A stretch of 64,000 nucleotides of DNA from Squalus acanthias (taxonomy: Eukaryota): the NCBI GenBank assembly GCA_030390025.1, contig CM059432.1, positions 63,242,001-63,306,000 on the forward strand. Reading direction: 5' to 3'. Positions 1 to 12,311 of the stretch are shown in pieces. The translations under genes were made by a program, and so were the position numbers. How positions within the stretch are numbered: the first letter of the stretch is position 1; each line of letters opens with the position of its first letter. The notes under the pieces were generated by a model. That model did not search any database, was not told the origin of the DNA, and saw only the letters and a program-made list of their open reading frames with translations.

Positions 1-246
1 ATGAGTCTAGGTTCGGATCGGTCATGGCCCTGTGGGTAGTGGAGCGGGCCCAGGGACTGTGTAGCCTGATTCTGCTCCTATTTCGTGTGTGCAATTCTGT
101 TAGATGCAGGAGATGGTTCTGTGATAGATAGTAGATTGGCGGTTAGGATCAGATCAGCCATGATCTTATTGAATGGCGGAGCAGGCTCGAGGGGCCGATT
201 GGCCTACTCCTGCTCCTATTTCTTATGTTCTTATGTATGTTCTTAT
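1..246 (+). mobile_element. Dimeric CR1-3'UTR-derived short retroelement (5' end cut by window edge), inserted in the Harbinger Myb exon
   Basis: A diverged CR1-tail monomer is followed by a canonical CR1 tail (GATCAGATCAGCCATGATCTTATTGAATGG...CTCCTATTTCTTATG repeats). It is the near-identical reverse complement of 33614-33857. Confidence 0.8.
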
Positions 247-1837
247 GTCACAGCCAGCACTGTGGTGTCTAGGTCGGCCATCCAGTGCCAAAAATAGTTT
301 AATGACCTCATACGGCAGGTCAAGGTGAGTGAAGGCTTCAGCAACTGCCATATCCCACCATCTGCACTACAAACCTTACACACTACTCAATGCACCACAC
401 CCCCATCACTCACCTATCAACAATTTCTACCTATCAACACTCACACCTCATAATCAGAGCTTCACTGCACTCTCACAGCCTTACCACTGCTGCAACACTC
501 ACACCCGCATCTCATTCCTTGCACACACTGACAGCTATTCAACTATGGCAGGCACATCACCCAAACACATTGCACCGCACTCACTGACACACTTCTCTTT
601 CTCTTGCAGGCCAAGGTCGCGCATAACCAAAGGGAGCAGCGTGAGACTGGCGGGGGTCAGGCTGACACCCACGACCTCAGCCAGCTGGAGGAGAGAGTGA
701 TGGACATCATTGGGCGGCAGAGCATAGAGGCCGTAGCAACCGGCGAGGTTGAACCTCTTGGGGACAAGAACAGTATGCTCATTCCTAATCCTTCTTCTCA
801 CATCCCACTTTCCCCTCATCCCACAATCTCTTCTCACTTTCAAGCTGCTGATGCTGTATGCATGGATATCTTGCTTAACCCCACCCTCCCATCACCATAA
901 CCCAACTCTTGTGCCTTTCTGCTTTCAGATAATCAGCAACAAGCACTCGAGCAGCCTGTCCCCGAGGTGATACACGAGAGCAAGGGGGGAGAAGAAGAAA
1001 AAGAAGACACAGCGTCTCTGCATCTGTCACGCGAAGACACCAGTTCAGAAACTGGCACTGCGCGGACTTTAGAAGCTAGTGTAGAAGTGGGATCCGCACA
1101 GGGTGAGGCACTGGGCATGAGTGGGCTGCAGCAAGGCCAGGGAGAAAGGGTAGTTCGGGGGCCAGCTCCCCGGAGGGCGAGTTCACGGGCGAGTTCTGCT
1201 GCACAGGACTTAGATGAGGACCTCGAAGGGGGCGTCCACCTCCAACATTGCACGGGGCTCTGCGCAGAGCTTGGAGCCCAGGATTTCCAGGATGGAAATG
1301 ATGGAAGACTCCCGAAGAGACCATGTCGACCCAGACGTGATGGGTGATGTCGTGGCTGTCATTGCAGCACAGGCGGAAGCGACCCACCATTTTAGTGCTG
1401 CAGCAGAAGCGCAGACCGCTCTCATGAAGTCTCAGCTTGATGCCACCTAAGCTCAGACTGCTGCCATCATGGCTGGGTTTACCAGTATCGTACGGGGCTT
1501 GCAGGGTGTCACAGCAGCCCAGCAAGCTGTCCTCCAAAAGATTGCTAGGAATGCTGAGGCGCTGCCCCGGGGGAGTGGCCGTGGGTCTGTGGAGCAAGAA
1601 CCTGCTGTCCTCTCTCAGGATGACAGCATTCCTGCTCCCACCATTGCCACTCCGCCCTTGCCCTTGCCACTGCCTGTCAGCCAGCCAGCCCAGACTGCCG
1701 CCGCCCATGCCAAGGTAGTACAGTCTGCAGCTGAGCCTTCTAGGGCCAGAGCTGCTCGAGGTCGCCCTGCAAGGCCATCTGAAGTGTCCCCCATGCTCCA
1801 CCAGCCCTGCTGCAGCCACTGGTGGAGCACTCCGTAG
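247..1837 (+). pseudogene. Harbinger Myb/SANT-like DNA-binding protein gene, spliced (exon ..324, 610-772, 929-~1837)
   Basis: Exon 1 reads VTASTVVSRSAIQCQK*FNDLIRQVK and ends at a GTGAGT donor. A TTGCAG acceptor leads to AKVAHNQREQRETGGG, then a GTATGC donor and TTTCAG acceptor with consistent phase into the 967 frame. In-frame stops and frameshifts are present. Confidence 0.75.
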
Positions 1838-2042
1838 AAGGCACTAAGAGATCGCACAAGGGTGATTAGTTCATGTCGTTACTGTAAATGTGTGTGATGT
1901 GATTTTTGATCAATTTATTAATTTTGTTTGGAATTTTTTGTGATGTCTCTCACTTCAGTTTTGTGCCCAGGAGGACGCTGTGATATTTCGTGTCAGAGGG
2001 ATGGAATGATGGGGATGTGGTGAGCAACGGGGATCTGAGGTT

Positions 2043-3240
2043 TCATTCATTGGAATCGGAGTCTGATGAGGCGTTCACGGACAGCCCATCTGGAAGGGGG
2101 ATTGGCTGCCTACCTCCTCCCTCCCTCCTCTCCTCTTCCTCTTCCTCTTTCTCCTCTTCCTCTTCCTCCTCTTCCTCCTCCTCCTCTCCCAAGTCCTCCT
2201 CCTGAGGTGGTCCCACAATCCCTGCTGGCAAGGTTTGCGTCCTCATGATGACCAAGTTGTGAAGTAGCAGACCACCACGAAATGGGACACGCACTCCGGC
2301 GTTTACTGGAGGGCTCCTCCCGAGCGGTCACAGCAACGGAACCGTTGCTTCAGCAGCCCGATGGTCTGCTCGATGATGTTCCTGGTGGCAGCATGGCTCT
2401 CATTATATGAGTGCTGGGCACGAGTGTTGAGGTAGTGGAGGGGCGTCATGAGCCAGGGGCAGAGTGGATACCCCTTGTCTCCGAGCAGCCACCCACGAGT
2501 TTGCTGCGGTGGCTGGAAGATTACTGGCACACCGGTTTGACGCAGGGTGAAGGCATCATGGCTGCTGCCAGGATAGCGGGCATTAACCATCAGGAAGTGC
2601 TGGGTGTGGTCGCACACCAACTGTACATTAAGAGAGTGGTAGCCTTTATGGTTATGGAGGATCTCAGGATTGTTATGTGGCACCTGCAAAGCCATATGGG
2701 TGCAGTCGATGGCACCCTGCACCGTGGGGAAGCCCACTATCCTGGCAAAGCCGCATGCGCACTTGTCCTGCTTCTCTCTGCTCAAAGAGAAGACAATGTA
2801 ATCCCGTCTCCTGATGTAGAGTGACTCAGTGACCTCCCGGATGCAGCAGTGGACGGCAAACTGTGAGATATTAACTACGTCTCCTGCTGCAGACTGGAAA
2901 GATCCACTGGCGAAGAAATTGAGGGCCACGGTGACCTTGACTGCCACTGGGAGAGCCGTGTTCGCCCTGCTCTCAGGCTGCAGGTCTGGTTGCAGGAGGT
3001 GGCAGAGTTCTGTGACCACCTCCTTGCTGAAGCGGAGCCTCCTAATACACTGCTCTTCACTTAAGTGGATATAAAAGAAGTGCTCTCGGAAGACCCTCGG
3101 TGGGTCAGGCCTCCTGTTGAGAGCCTTCCTGGCCCTCCTCCTCTTCACTCTACGTGCATTTTCTCCTCTCCTTCACTGCCTCCGCTCCCTCTCCCGAAGA
3201 TACTCGAGCACGAGGGGGACTGCCAGTAGAGCCCCCGTGA
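2043..3240 (-). pseudogene. Harbinger/HARBI1-like DDE transposase
   Basis: ORF 2303-3148 contains GAIDCTH, KGYHSLNVQLVCD, YPGSSHD, LLGDKGY and YNESHAATRNIIEQTIGLLKQRFR. The acidic C-terminus continues in ORF 2043-2294 after a frameshift. Confidence 0.92.
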
Positions 3241-3874
3241 CTGTGAGCAAGTGTTGTGAGCAGAAGCCTTTAAATAATAATGAAGGCGTTCTCCACTTGC
3301 AACAATACTCCCTGTTACCTTAGAACTTTCAACGAAGTTTATAAAGCTGCTGGAGTTGCAGAAAGTTGCACAGAGCCAATCAAACTGAACAAACATGTCA
3401 GGTGCAAGTAGTTGCTGATGATCCCTTTAAGTACCATTGCTGGAGCCTCCTTCCTGCTTGTCAACGGTTGCTCAGCTCGTCGCACTTAAGGCAAGCCAGT
3501 AGGTTCAATGGCGAACTCAAAACTTGCAGATCAGGCGTCAAGTGAGCGTTGCACACTAACTGACGTCACAATCTGCCTCATTTCCATGATTTTCGCGATT
3601 GTTAATATCGGCAGCATTGCTGGCCATCTGAAAATGGCGGCCGCCACGGGACCCACCGCCAGCTGGTGGAAGAGCGGCAGCCACGATTTTTTTCGCCCAA
3701 TTTTGACAGTACCAGGTGGCGATAAGCCACACAATTTCTAGGCCAATGGTTCTTTCGCAGCTCTACAAATACCAAAATCTCCAACATTTCAGCCTGGCGA
3801 TAGGAGTCCATCAGCAGTGAAACAACTGCAGTAAGAGTGTAACATTAAAACTCCAATAGTGCTTTATGTTTCAT

Positions 3875-4592
3875 GGCCTAGAAATTCAATGGCATTGCGC
3901 CTGTTTACCAGATGCTAAACTGATGCCTAAGCCTCCAATATGGCGGGTACAAAGTGCACGCACATTTCCAGCTGGAAGTGCATTGCCACCATATTGGAAC
4001 GGGCTTTTCCATTGGTTTCAGGAGCGCATGCCAGAACTATGGAAAGCACGGAATACGTTATGTAAATTAGGGCCCTGCACTTTTTGCAGGACTCTTTTTC
4101 GATTTTGGTATGCCCCAGTGCCTGACTTGCCAGGTGTTGAACTCGACAAGCAACACGTGGCATTAATTGGTCGGTAGGAGCTCTCGCCAGAGCTATTTAA
4201 AGGAATAGTTTACAGGTTAGTTGCTGGTTTGGCATTTCAGGATTCTGGTTAACTTCTGTGCGTTTCTTGGTGTGTTTTCTGACTTGGGAAAGTTCAGTTT
4301 GTCTGCTGAGGAGAAGATTCTGTTGGCGTTGCACTATTGTTGGCTGTCTCATAAATAGTTTGACTACAGTCATGAGTGGTCTCATCGGGCTGCCTTCAGA
4401 GCTGGAGGACAAGGGGCAATGGCAAGGAAGAGCAGGTACATCTGCCACAAAGGAAAGAGGAGGCGGGCACTGCAGAGGAGGCCATACCCACAGTGAGACT
4501 ATGAGATGGACCTCAAATCCGTGCCATTCATAGGAAATCTGTGAGAGTTGATATGTCTGCAGATGGGGTATAACAGGCACCAAAATTGGCCC
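3875..4592 (+). mobile_element. Non-autonomous Harbinger deletion derivative retaining the transposase N-terminus
   Basis: Starts GGCCTAGAAATT and ends AAAATTGGCCC. Internal sequence near 4460-4495 reads RRRALQRRPYPQ, resembling RRARKALNRRPDPP of the adjacent transposase. Confidence 0.6.
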
Positions 4593-4768
4593 CAGAATGT
4601 CTTTGTGAATCCTCTTTTAATGCTCCATCCTCAAACAGTTACTCTCTCACTCATTTTTTGTAAATCATTTTTTCCTACTCTTTATGCATGCCATAGCATA
4701 TTTCATGATAGTGAACGTAGGTTTGCAACCCATACACAAATTTGAAACCAGCTGCTAGGATGCATATA

Positions 4769-4980
4769 CAAAAGCAAAATACTGCAGATGCTGGAAATCT
4801 GAAATAAAAATAGAAAATGCTGGAAATACTCAGCAGGTCAGGCAACATCTGTGGAGAGAGAAACAGAGTTAACGTTTCAGGTCGATGACCTTTCGTCATC
4901 AAACCTGAAACGTTAACTCTGTTTCTCTCTCCACAGATGCTGCCTGACCTGCTGAGTATTTCCAGCATTTTCTGTTTTTA
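4769..4980. mobile_element. Penelope-like family-2 solo insertion made of two inverted pLTR pieces
   Basis: 4769-4900 (-) and 4901-4980 (+) are inverted copies of the family-2 3' end. A 16-bp TSD TGCTARGATGCATATA lies at 4753-4768 and 4981-4996. Confidence 0.85.
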
Positions 4981-6759
4981 TGCTAAGATGCATATAGTTT
5001 GCTTGTCATCCCTCCTGGGGAAAGCATTTTACCTGCATTTGTCATTTCCCTTAGATAATCTCAGCAAAACATGGAACCCATGAGGTAAAAGGAGACCTAT
5101 GTCCTATCACATTGTGGCACCGTGCATCAGTACAAAATGCACTGAGCAACTGTCTCATCTTCAAATTATTTTATTTCATTCACTTTCACCCAATTGATGC
5201 TTCCTGCTGCCACATTCCATGTTTTGAACTGAATCCTTTGCTGCTGAACCTACTAGCCTACCCTCATAGAATTAATTGTCAAAAAAGAAATCTTTGTAAA
5301 CGAGAAAGCTGATTATCATGATACAGAAATACAAAAGTTATATGTGTATTTTCTGATTTGTTATGACTCCAGTCGGATAAACTCAATAATGGTTCAGGTT
5401 ATCTTTGAAGCCTGAGTCTTTTCCATGAGGCAAACTGTCCAAGCGGATGAGATATTAATGTGAGAAATTATAAACATAGTTTGATTTTTCTAAACGAAAG
5501 TAGAGTGATGTGTTTGATTTCCAGCAACATACTGCCATCTTTTAAAGTAAACTCAAACATCCAAATTAAACAAAAACATAAATATTAGCCAGATGTTCTC
5601 CAAGAATTAAATCATTCTTGTCTCAACATTCTCATAAATTAGGAAAGAAATCTTATTTTTAATTGAATGGAGATGAGATCAAGCCAGCTCATGTGCTTTT
5701 TTTTACTGGAGCTGAACTAGAAAGCTGTGTAACTTATTACTTTGATGTCACTGAATCCAATCACGTTAATGTCATATGATTGCAACCATCTTTGGTATGG
5801 GTCACGAGTAGGTCAAACAACTGGAATTGGGTTGGGTTCAGCATCGCCTGAAACAAACTGAAAGCTTCAGTTGTCAGGTTAGTCCGGCAGAGATCAAAGA
5901 AATTCTCATACTCCTCAACTGATTTACTGCGGAGATTATAACAGTTTTGATAAAATATGGATGTCCCTCTTTCACATAGAATCTTTCAAAAGATTTAGAT
6001 ATGTCATTTGTGACACTAAGCAACTTAAAGTCCTCCAAATCTACCGAATATAAATCAGGTCATTTAAAATGGACACAAATTCAAATAGTGATTTATTGAT
6101 GATGGCAAACACAGGAGCTGGAATCATTTCTTTACAATGAAACACAGTACATGCATGTATCAATAGGATATTCAGTGGCTGAGTAGTGGATTATGGGAAA
6201 CACCATCTCATGAGAGTCAGGTGATATTGATAACAGAATGGGCATTGCACACACCGTAACCAGAACAAATTTGCTGAATTACATTAAAAAAAATTAAAAA
6301 CAAGCTTTCCATTCATTAAGATTTTACGACTACCTAGATTTTGCTAAATACTGACATGGCACAGTTAAAACTGACGTGTGAGTCTGCAAATTAATATCTA
6401 AACGTTATTGACTGTTTTTCTCATCGGCAGATTTTCACATTGCAGGCAAAATTGCAGGAAGTTTTCAGTGCTGGTGATTCTCTGTGAGTCGCACGAATTC
6501 TGCAGGAAATGCTGCAGGAGAGGCCATTGTATCTTTCTCAACTAAGAAGTCATCTGTTACGTGGCACAAAGTAGCTGCTGGCATTTGCTCGCCAGCTGAC
6601 AGGTGTTCAGAAACACCTGGCAGGTGCTTTTAACCCACCCTCTGGGAGGCTTGATTAAACTAACTTATAAGAGTTGGAAATCATCCAGAAATGTATTACA
6701 GGAGTTATTAGAAAGGCCAGCAACTACTCCTCAGACTCTTATAGCAAACACACTTGGAG

Positions 6760-7205
6760 TGCTCACTGACCTACATTGTCTCCTGATCCGGCAACGCCTC
6801 AATGTTAAAATTCTTATTCCTGTTTTCAAATCCCTCCATGGCTTTGCCCCTCCCTGTCTCTGTAACCTCCTCCAGCCCTACAGCCCTCCGAGATCTCTGC
6901 ACTCCTCCAATTCTGGCTTCTTGCGCATCCACTATTTTAATCGCTCCACCATTGGTGGCCATGCTTTCAGCTGCCTAGGCCCTAAGCTCTGGAATTCCCT
7001 CCATAAACCTTTCCGCCTCGCTACCTCTCTCTCCTCCTTTAAGAGACTCCTTAGAACCTACTTTGACCAAGCTTTTGGTCATCTGCCCTAATGTCTCCTT
7101 ATGTGGCTCGGTGTCAAATTTTGTTGGATAATGCTCCTGTGAAGCGCCTTGGGATGTTTTATTACGTTAAAGACGCTATATAAATGCAAGTTATTGTTGT
7201 TGTTG
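6760..7205 (+). mobile_element. L2-type LINE 3' fragment
   Basis: Translation LTDLHCLLIRQR..KILIPVFKSLHGFAPPCL..GGHAFSCLGPKLWNSL..SFKRLLRTYF is typical of an L2 ORF2 C-terminus. The tail is GCTATATAAATGCAAGTT(TTG)n. Confidence 0.8.
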
Positions 7206-8907
7206 AAGTGGTTTCTCCTGGGCAGGGTGCATCAGAGAATCTGATTGTGATATAGATGAGGTACATGTTACATTCTCTTCCTTCTTCCTTTTAGTATTGC
7301 TCTCCTTCCGTGTTACATCCCTAATATTCTAGACTGATATGACAGATGAAGACCACCCTAGTTATACATTTAGAGAATCGGAAAATTGAAGTGATTTTGA
7401 AAGGTTAGATGTTACAAAAGTAATAATGTGTTTCTTTTTTTCTCAAAATGGCCTAGTTTGTACTTCTCAGATTGATGATAATGATGCAGAACCCTGTCCT
7501 CTGCTCCTGGAATTCTTGGATTTGGAAGTCCTACTCCTTTGGTTCCACCATTATCAGATGCCTCATCCTTGCTCGTATGAGTTCTCAGAATTATCATATC
7601 AGATTCTGATGGTTTTCATTGACCATTGACCTTTGAATGTCTGTACATGAACTTGCAGTGTGAAATTCCAGGGAAATCCCAGTGCAACTACCACCAAAAC
7701 CTGATCCTAATGCCACTGCTTCAGCTTTGAATTCTTTTAAACCTTATGAGGTGAAGTGATGGTGATCTGCTTACTGGACAAGCTTAATACCAGCAATGTT
7801 ATACCTGATATCTGTAAAATCCAGGGCCATTGAACCCTCTGCAGAATCCTTGTTTTCATCTGAATAGAAATCACCAATTATATTATGTCAATTCCACTTG
7901 TTTGCTGATTTGCAGATTTTTGAGGAAGATGTTCAATGTTTGAAAGGGATTTAGTTAAATCCAAAGCTAGAGTCTTAAATCTAAACAGAGCAAACTATGT
8001 AGGTATGAGGGGCGAGTTGGCTAGGGTAGATTGGGAAACTATATTAAAAGGTATGGCGGTAGCCAAGCAATGGCTAGCATTTAAAGAATTAATACATAAT
8101 TTACAACAAATATACATTCCTTTAAGGCCCAGAAACTCCACCGGAAAAGTGGTCCAACCATGGCTAACAAGAGAAGTTAAAGATAGTATTAGATCAAAGG
8201 AAGAGGCTTATAATGTTGCCAAAAAGAGCAGTAAGCCTGAGGATTGGGAGGATTTTAGAATTCAGCAAAGGAGGACCAAGAAATTGATAAAGAAAGGGAA
8301 AATAGAATATGAGAGTAAACTAGCGAGAGACATAAAAACAGATTGTAAAAGCTTCTATAGGTATGCAAAAAGGAAAAGATTAGAAAAAGTAAATGTGGGT
8401 CCCTTACAGGCTGAGACAGGAGAAATTATAATGGAGAATAAGGAAATGACAGGGAAATTAAACAAATACTTTGGGCTGGATTTTGAATGACCCATGGAGT
8501 CGGGTTTGGAGGCGTGTGGGGGGTTAAATTTGCGGGATCGGGGTTTCCGACCCCATCCCGCCTCCACGCAATTTTGACAAAATCAGTCGCGGGGTTCCCG
8601 ACTCCGTCCCGCCTCCAAGAGGTGGGAGAGGCCATTAAAGCCCTTAACAAGCTCTAAATTGGCTCTGTAATGCCATTTTGAAACGTTTTAGCTAGTTTAA
8701 CCCTTTTCTGACGTGAAGTACGCCTGGTGTGAAACACTCCAGTGAAACCTGGCGGGAGCACAAGTGGACAGCTGACTATCAGCTGCAGGTCCACTATTAC
8801 AACGGAGATGTGATGAAGGTAGTAGTATTAGGTCTGAAAGTCGCCGCTGCTGCATTGAATGTGTTCAGAGACTGCCTGGCCTTTGCTGTGAGAGGACTTG
8901 GATGCAA

Positions 8908-8911
<4 letters not shown>

Positions 8912-8950
<39 letters not shown>
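8912..8950 (+). repeat. (CT)n microsatellite
   Basis: About 19 CT units followed by a C run. Confidence 0.95.
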
Positions 8951-8953
<3 letters not shown>

Positions 8954-9110
8954 CCCCCCCCCTTCTTCCTTCCCCCCGCCCCCATATTTTGCATCCAGGT
9001 CCACTCACATCAAAAGCAAGCCAGGCAGGTCCTCTCTCACCAACAGTCTCTGAGACTAGGCAGTCAGCAATGAAGACATCATCAGAGGCGACTTTCAGAC
9101 TGAAACCATT

Positions 9111-9852
9111 GGCCCAAAAATTCGTGAGGAAGCCTTCGTGCGAGGGTAAGGCCTCCCCGCGATCTCTCACTCCACGTTGGCTTTTTCAGTTCCAGCTCGC
9201 ACGAACTTGATGTTCTGGACAGCTGCTGTGCTGGGCTTGCGTATCCCACCGGCGTAGTTAATTCGTGCGAGCTGTGGGATCACGTGACTCAGTTAGAGCC
9301 AATGGCAGCACACCATCTTCCATTCGTAACTTTCACATAAGTGCTGTGAAAGTTATGAATACTATAGCTCCCCAAAAGAACAGCTAAACCTCAATTAAAT
9401 TTTAAAAAAAACATCACATTAATAAAATAAGTATAGTTAAATAAATTAACCATTTTAAATAAAAAATTAAATTTTTGAAAAAATTTAAAATCTTTTTAAA
9501 AGTTATAAAAATAAACTTACCTGTCTTTAAAGTCTCTAAAAATGATATACCTGTTAAAAAAAATTCAAAATAATACTTAATTCACTACTTACCTTGTTAA
9601 AAGTGGGTCTTACTCCTCCTTTTTTTATGTGTAGAATCTTCCGTACTTACCTGCGCGTTGAAACCACTAAGTGCACAGCGTGCGCGCAGCCTGTAGCACG
9701 CACGCGGTTCAGCTAGGACCCGCCCCCTTTTCCATTCACCAAGTGCCGGTTTTCAGCGCATGTGCAGTGCATGCAGAAAACCGGCAATTGGAGACAGAAT
9801 ACGCGAGAGTACACAGTGCGTACTCTCGCGTAGCGGCACTAATTTTTGGGCC
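9111..9852. mobile_element. Nested Harbinger-type MITE (hairpin family)
   Basis: TIR GGCCCAAAAATT / AATTTTTGGGCC with TSD ATT. AT-rich core and GC-rich subterminal hairpins; homologous in reverse orientation to 54056-54820. Confidence 0.88.
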
Positions 9853-10834
9853 ATTAATTGCTTCATGGGTTCCCACATGCTGGAACTCAATTGCCCAATT
9901 AAGTGAAAATTGCATCATTCATTCACATTAATCTGGAGTCGGGGGGACAACACGAAATGCGGATTACACGACCCCAACCCGACCCCAAGACAAAATCCAG
10001 CCCTTTGTGTCTGTCTTCACGGAAGAAGACGCAAAAAACTTCCCGGAAATAGTGGAGAATCAAGGGTCTAGCGAGAATGAGGAACTGAAAGAAATTAGTA
10101 TTAGTAAAAAAAAGTACTGGTGAAATTAATGGGACTGAAAGCCGATAAATCCCCTGGACCTAATGGCCTACACCCTAGGGTTTTGAAAGAGGTGGCGATA
10201 GAGATAGTGGGTGCATTGGTTGTCATTTTCCAAAATTCCATAGATTCTAGAACGGTTCCCGCAGATTGGAAGGTAGCAAATGTAATCCCACTATTTAAGA
10301 AAGGAGGGAGAGAGAAAATGAGGAACTACAGACCAGTTAGCCTGACATCAGTAGTAGGGAAAATGCTAGAATCTATTATTAAGGACGTGGTAACAGGGCA
10401 CTTAGAAAATAAAAATAGGATTGGGCAGAGTCAACACGGATTTATGCAAGGGAAATCGTGTTTGACAAATCTGTTAGAGTTTTTTGAGGTTGTAACTAAC
10501 AGAATAGATAAGGGGGAACCAGTGGATGTGGTGCATTTGGATTTTCAGAAGGCATTTGATAATGTGCCACACAAGAGGTTATTAAACTAAATTAGGCCTC
10601 ATGGGATTGATGGTAATATACTAGCATAGATTGAGGATTGGTTAATAGACAGAAAACGGAGAGTAGGAATAAACGGGTTATTTTCAGGTTGGCAGGCTGT
10701 AACTAGTGGGGTACCGCAAGGATCAGTGCTTGGGCCTCAGCTATCCACAATCTACATTAATGATTTGGATGAGGGGACCAAATGTAATATATCCAAGTTT
10801 GCTGATGATACAAAGCTGGGTGGGAATGTAAGTT

Positions 10835-11258
10835 TGAAGTATTATAAGAATGTAAGAATCCAATGACTTGCGCACATAAAGCTAGGCTGACACTCCAGTG
10901 CAGTGCTGAGGGAGTGCTACACTGTTGGAGGTGCCGTCTTTTGGATGAGACGTTAAACCAAGGCCCCATCTGCCCTCTCAGGTGGACGTAAAAGATCCCA
11001 TGGATCAAAGAAGATTAGGGGAGTTATCCCCGGTGTCCTGGCCAATATTTCTCCCTCAACCAACATAACAAAAACAGATTATCTGGTCATTTTCATATTG
11101 CTGTTTGTGGGAGCTTGCTGTGCACAAATTGGCTGCCATGTTTCCCACATTACAACAGTGACTCCACTTCAAAAGTACTTCATTGGCTGTAAAGCGCTTT
11201 GAGATGTCCGGTGGTCATGAAAGGCGCTATATAAATGCAAGTCTTTCTTTTCTTTCTT
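10835..11258 (+). mobile_element. Deu-domain SINE (SacSINE1/AmnSINE1-like), 5'-truncated
   Basis: Core GGAGGTGCCGTCTTTTGGATGAGACGTTAAACC...CAAAAGTACTTCATTGGCTGTAAAGCGCTTTG with an L2-like tail and (CTTT)n. TSD TAAGTT at 10829-10834 and 11259-11264. Confidence 0.85.
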
Positions 11259-12029
11259 TAAGTTGTGAGGAGGATGTAAGGAGGCTTCAAGGGGATATAG
11301 ACAGGCTAAGTGAGTGGGCAAGAACATGGCAAATGGAATATAATGTAGAGAAATGTGAAGTTGTCCACTTTGGTAGGAAAAATAGAAAAGCAGAGTATTT
11401 TTAAAATGGTGAGAGATTGGGAAATGTTGGTGTTCAGAGGGACCTGGGTGTCTTTGTACACGAATCACTGAAAGTTAACATGCAGGTACAGCAAGCAATT
11501 AGGAAAGCAAATGGTATGTTGGCCTTTATTACAAGAGGATTTGAGTATAAGAGTAAAGACGTCTTTCTGCAATTATATAGGGCCCTGGTGAGACCACAGC
11601 TAGAGTATTGTGTACAGTTTTGGTCTCCTTACCTAAGGAAGGATATACTTGCCACAGAGGGAGTGCAATGAAGGTTCACCAGACTGGTTCCTGGGATGGG
11701 GGATTGTCCTATGAGGAGAGATTGAGTAGACTAGGCCTATATTCTCTAGAGTTTAGAAGAATGTGATGTGATTTCATTGAAATTCTTACAGGGCTTGACA
11801 GGGTAGATGCAGGGAGGATGTTTTCCCTGGCTGGGGAGTCCAGAACCAGGGGTCACAGGCTCAGAATAAGAGATCGGCCATTTAGGACTGAGACGAGGAG
11901 AAATTTCTTCACTCAGAGGGTGGTGAATCTTTGGAATTCTCTACCCCAGAGGGCTGTGGAGGCTCAGTTGTTGAGTATATTCAAAAATGAGAAGTCGCAC
12001 AATACCAGGTTATAGTCCAACAGATTTAT

Positions 12030-12080
12030 TTAAAATTACAAGCTTTCGGAGCTATCCTGCCCCTTCTTCAGGTACTGTGA
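12030..12080 (-). ncRNA. Minimal hammerhead ribozyme motif in PLE pLTR
   Basis: Minus strand reads CTGAAGA-AGGGGCAGGATAGCTCC-GAAA-GCTTGTA: a CUGANGA/GAAA core, a short stem II and a palindromic AAGCTT. Confidence 0.75.
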
Positions 12081-12311
12081 GAGAATCTATCAGAATTCAC
12101 AGAATATAAACACAGAGAAAATGCATAGATTAAATCTTTCCCTACATCAAAGACATACTAAGAGCACAGCCAAGACAATGAGATGTGTCCCAGGGGGTCC
12201 AATGCGTCAAAACACCTGCTGGCTGCATATCCTCTCCATTTGGGTTTGTTTTTTGTGTTTGTTTCTTGTGTTTTTTTTTTAAAAACTGGAAAGACAGGCA
12301 ACGATGTCAAG

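Larger units (their letters stand above)
247..3744. mobile_element. PIF/Harbinger DNA transposon, two-gene autonomous-type architecture, decayed; left end outside window
   Basis: Myb/SANT-like gene (+) converges on a HARBI1-like DDE transposase (-). The right terminus AATTTCTAGGCC (3733-3744) is followed by AAT, and the same 12-mer opens the neighbouring element at 3875. Confidence 0.9.
8473..10003. mobile_element. Harbinger-type MITE in CR1
   Basis: TIR GGGCTGGATTTTG / CAAAATCCAGCCC with TSD TTT (8470-8472, 10004-10006). Removing it restores CR1 AAATACTTTGTGTCTGTCTTCAC. Confidence 0.9.

Noticed and set aside
2110..2205. (TCC/TCT)n run as an independent microsatellite or poly-Ser gene
   Set aside because: It is the poly-Glu C-terminal tail of the minus-strand transposase.
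2303..3148. Domesticated host HARBI1 gene
   Set aside because: It is flanked by a TIR and a partner Myb gene and carries frameshifts, so it is a transposon copy.
5760..5985. About 74-codon open minus-strand frame (…SKSVEEYENFFDLCRTNL…) as a possible host exon or viral relic
   Set aside because: No recognisable family, no convincing splice-site pair and no neighbouring exons; a tBLASTn search would be needed.
7426..7629. Short ORF with a CTTCTCAG acceptor-like site
   Set aside because: No homology evidence and no clear donor site.
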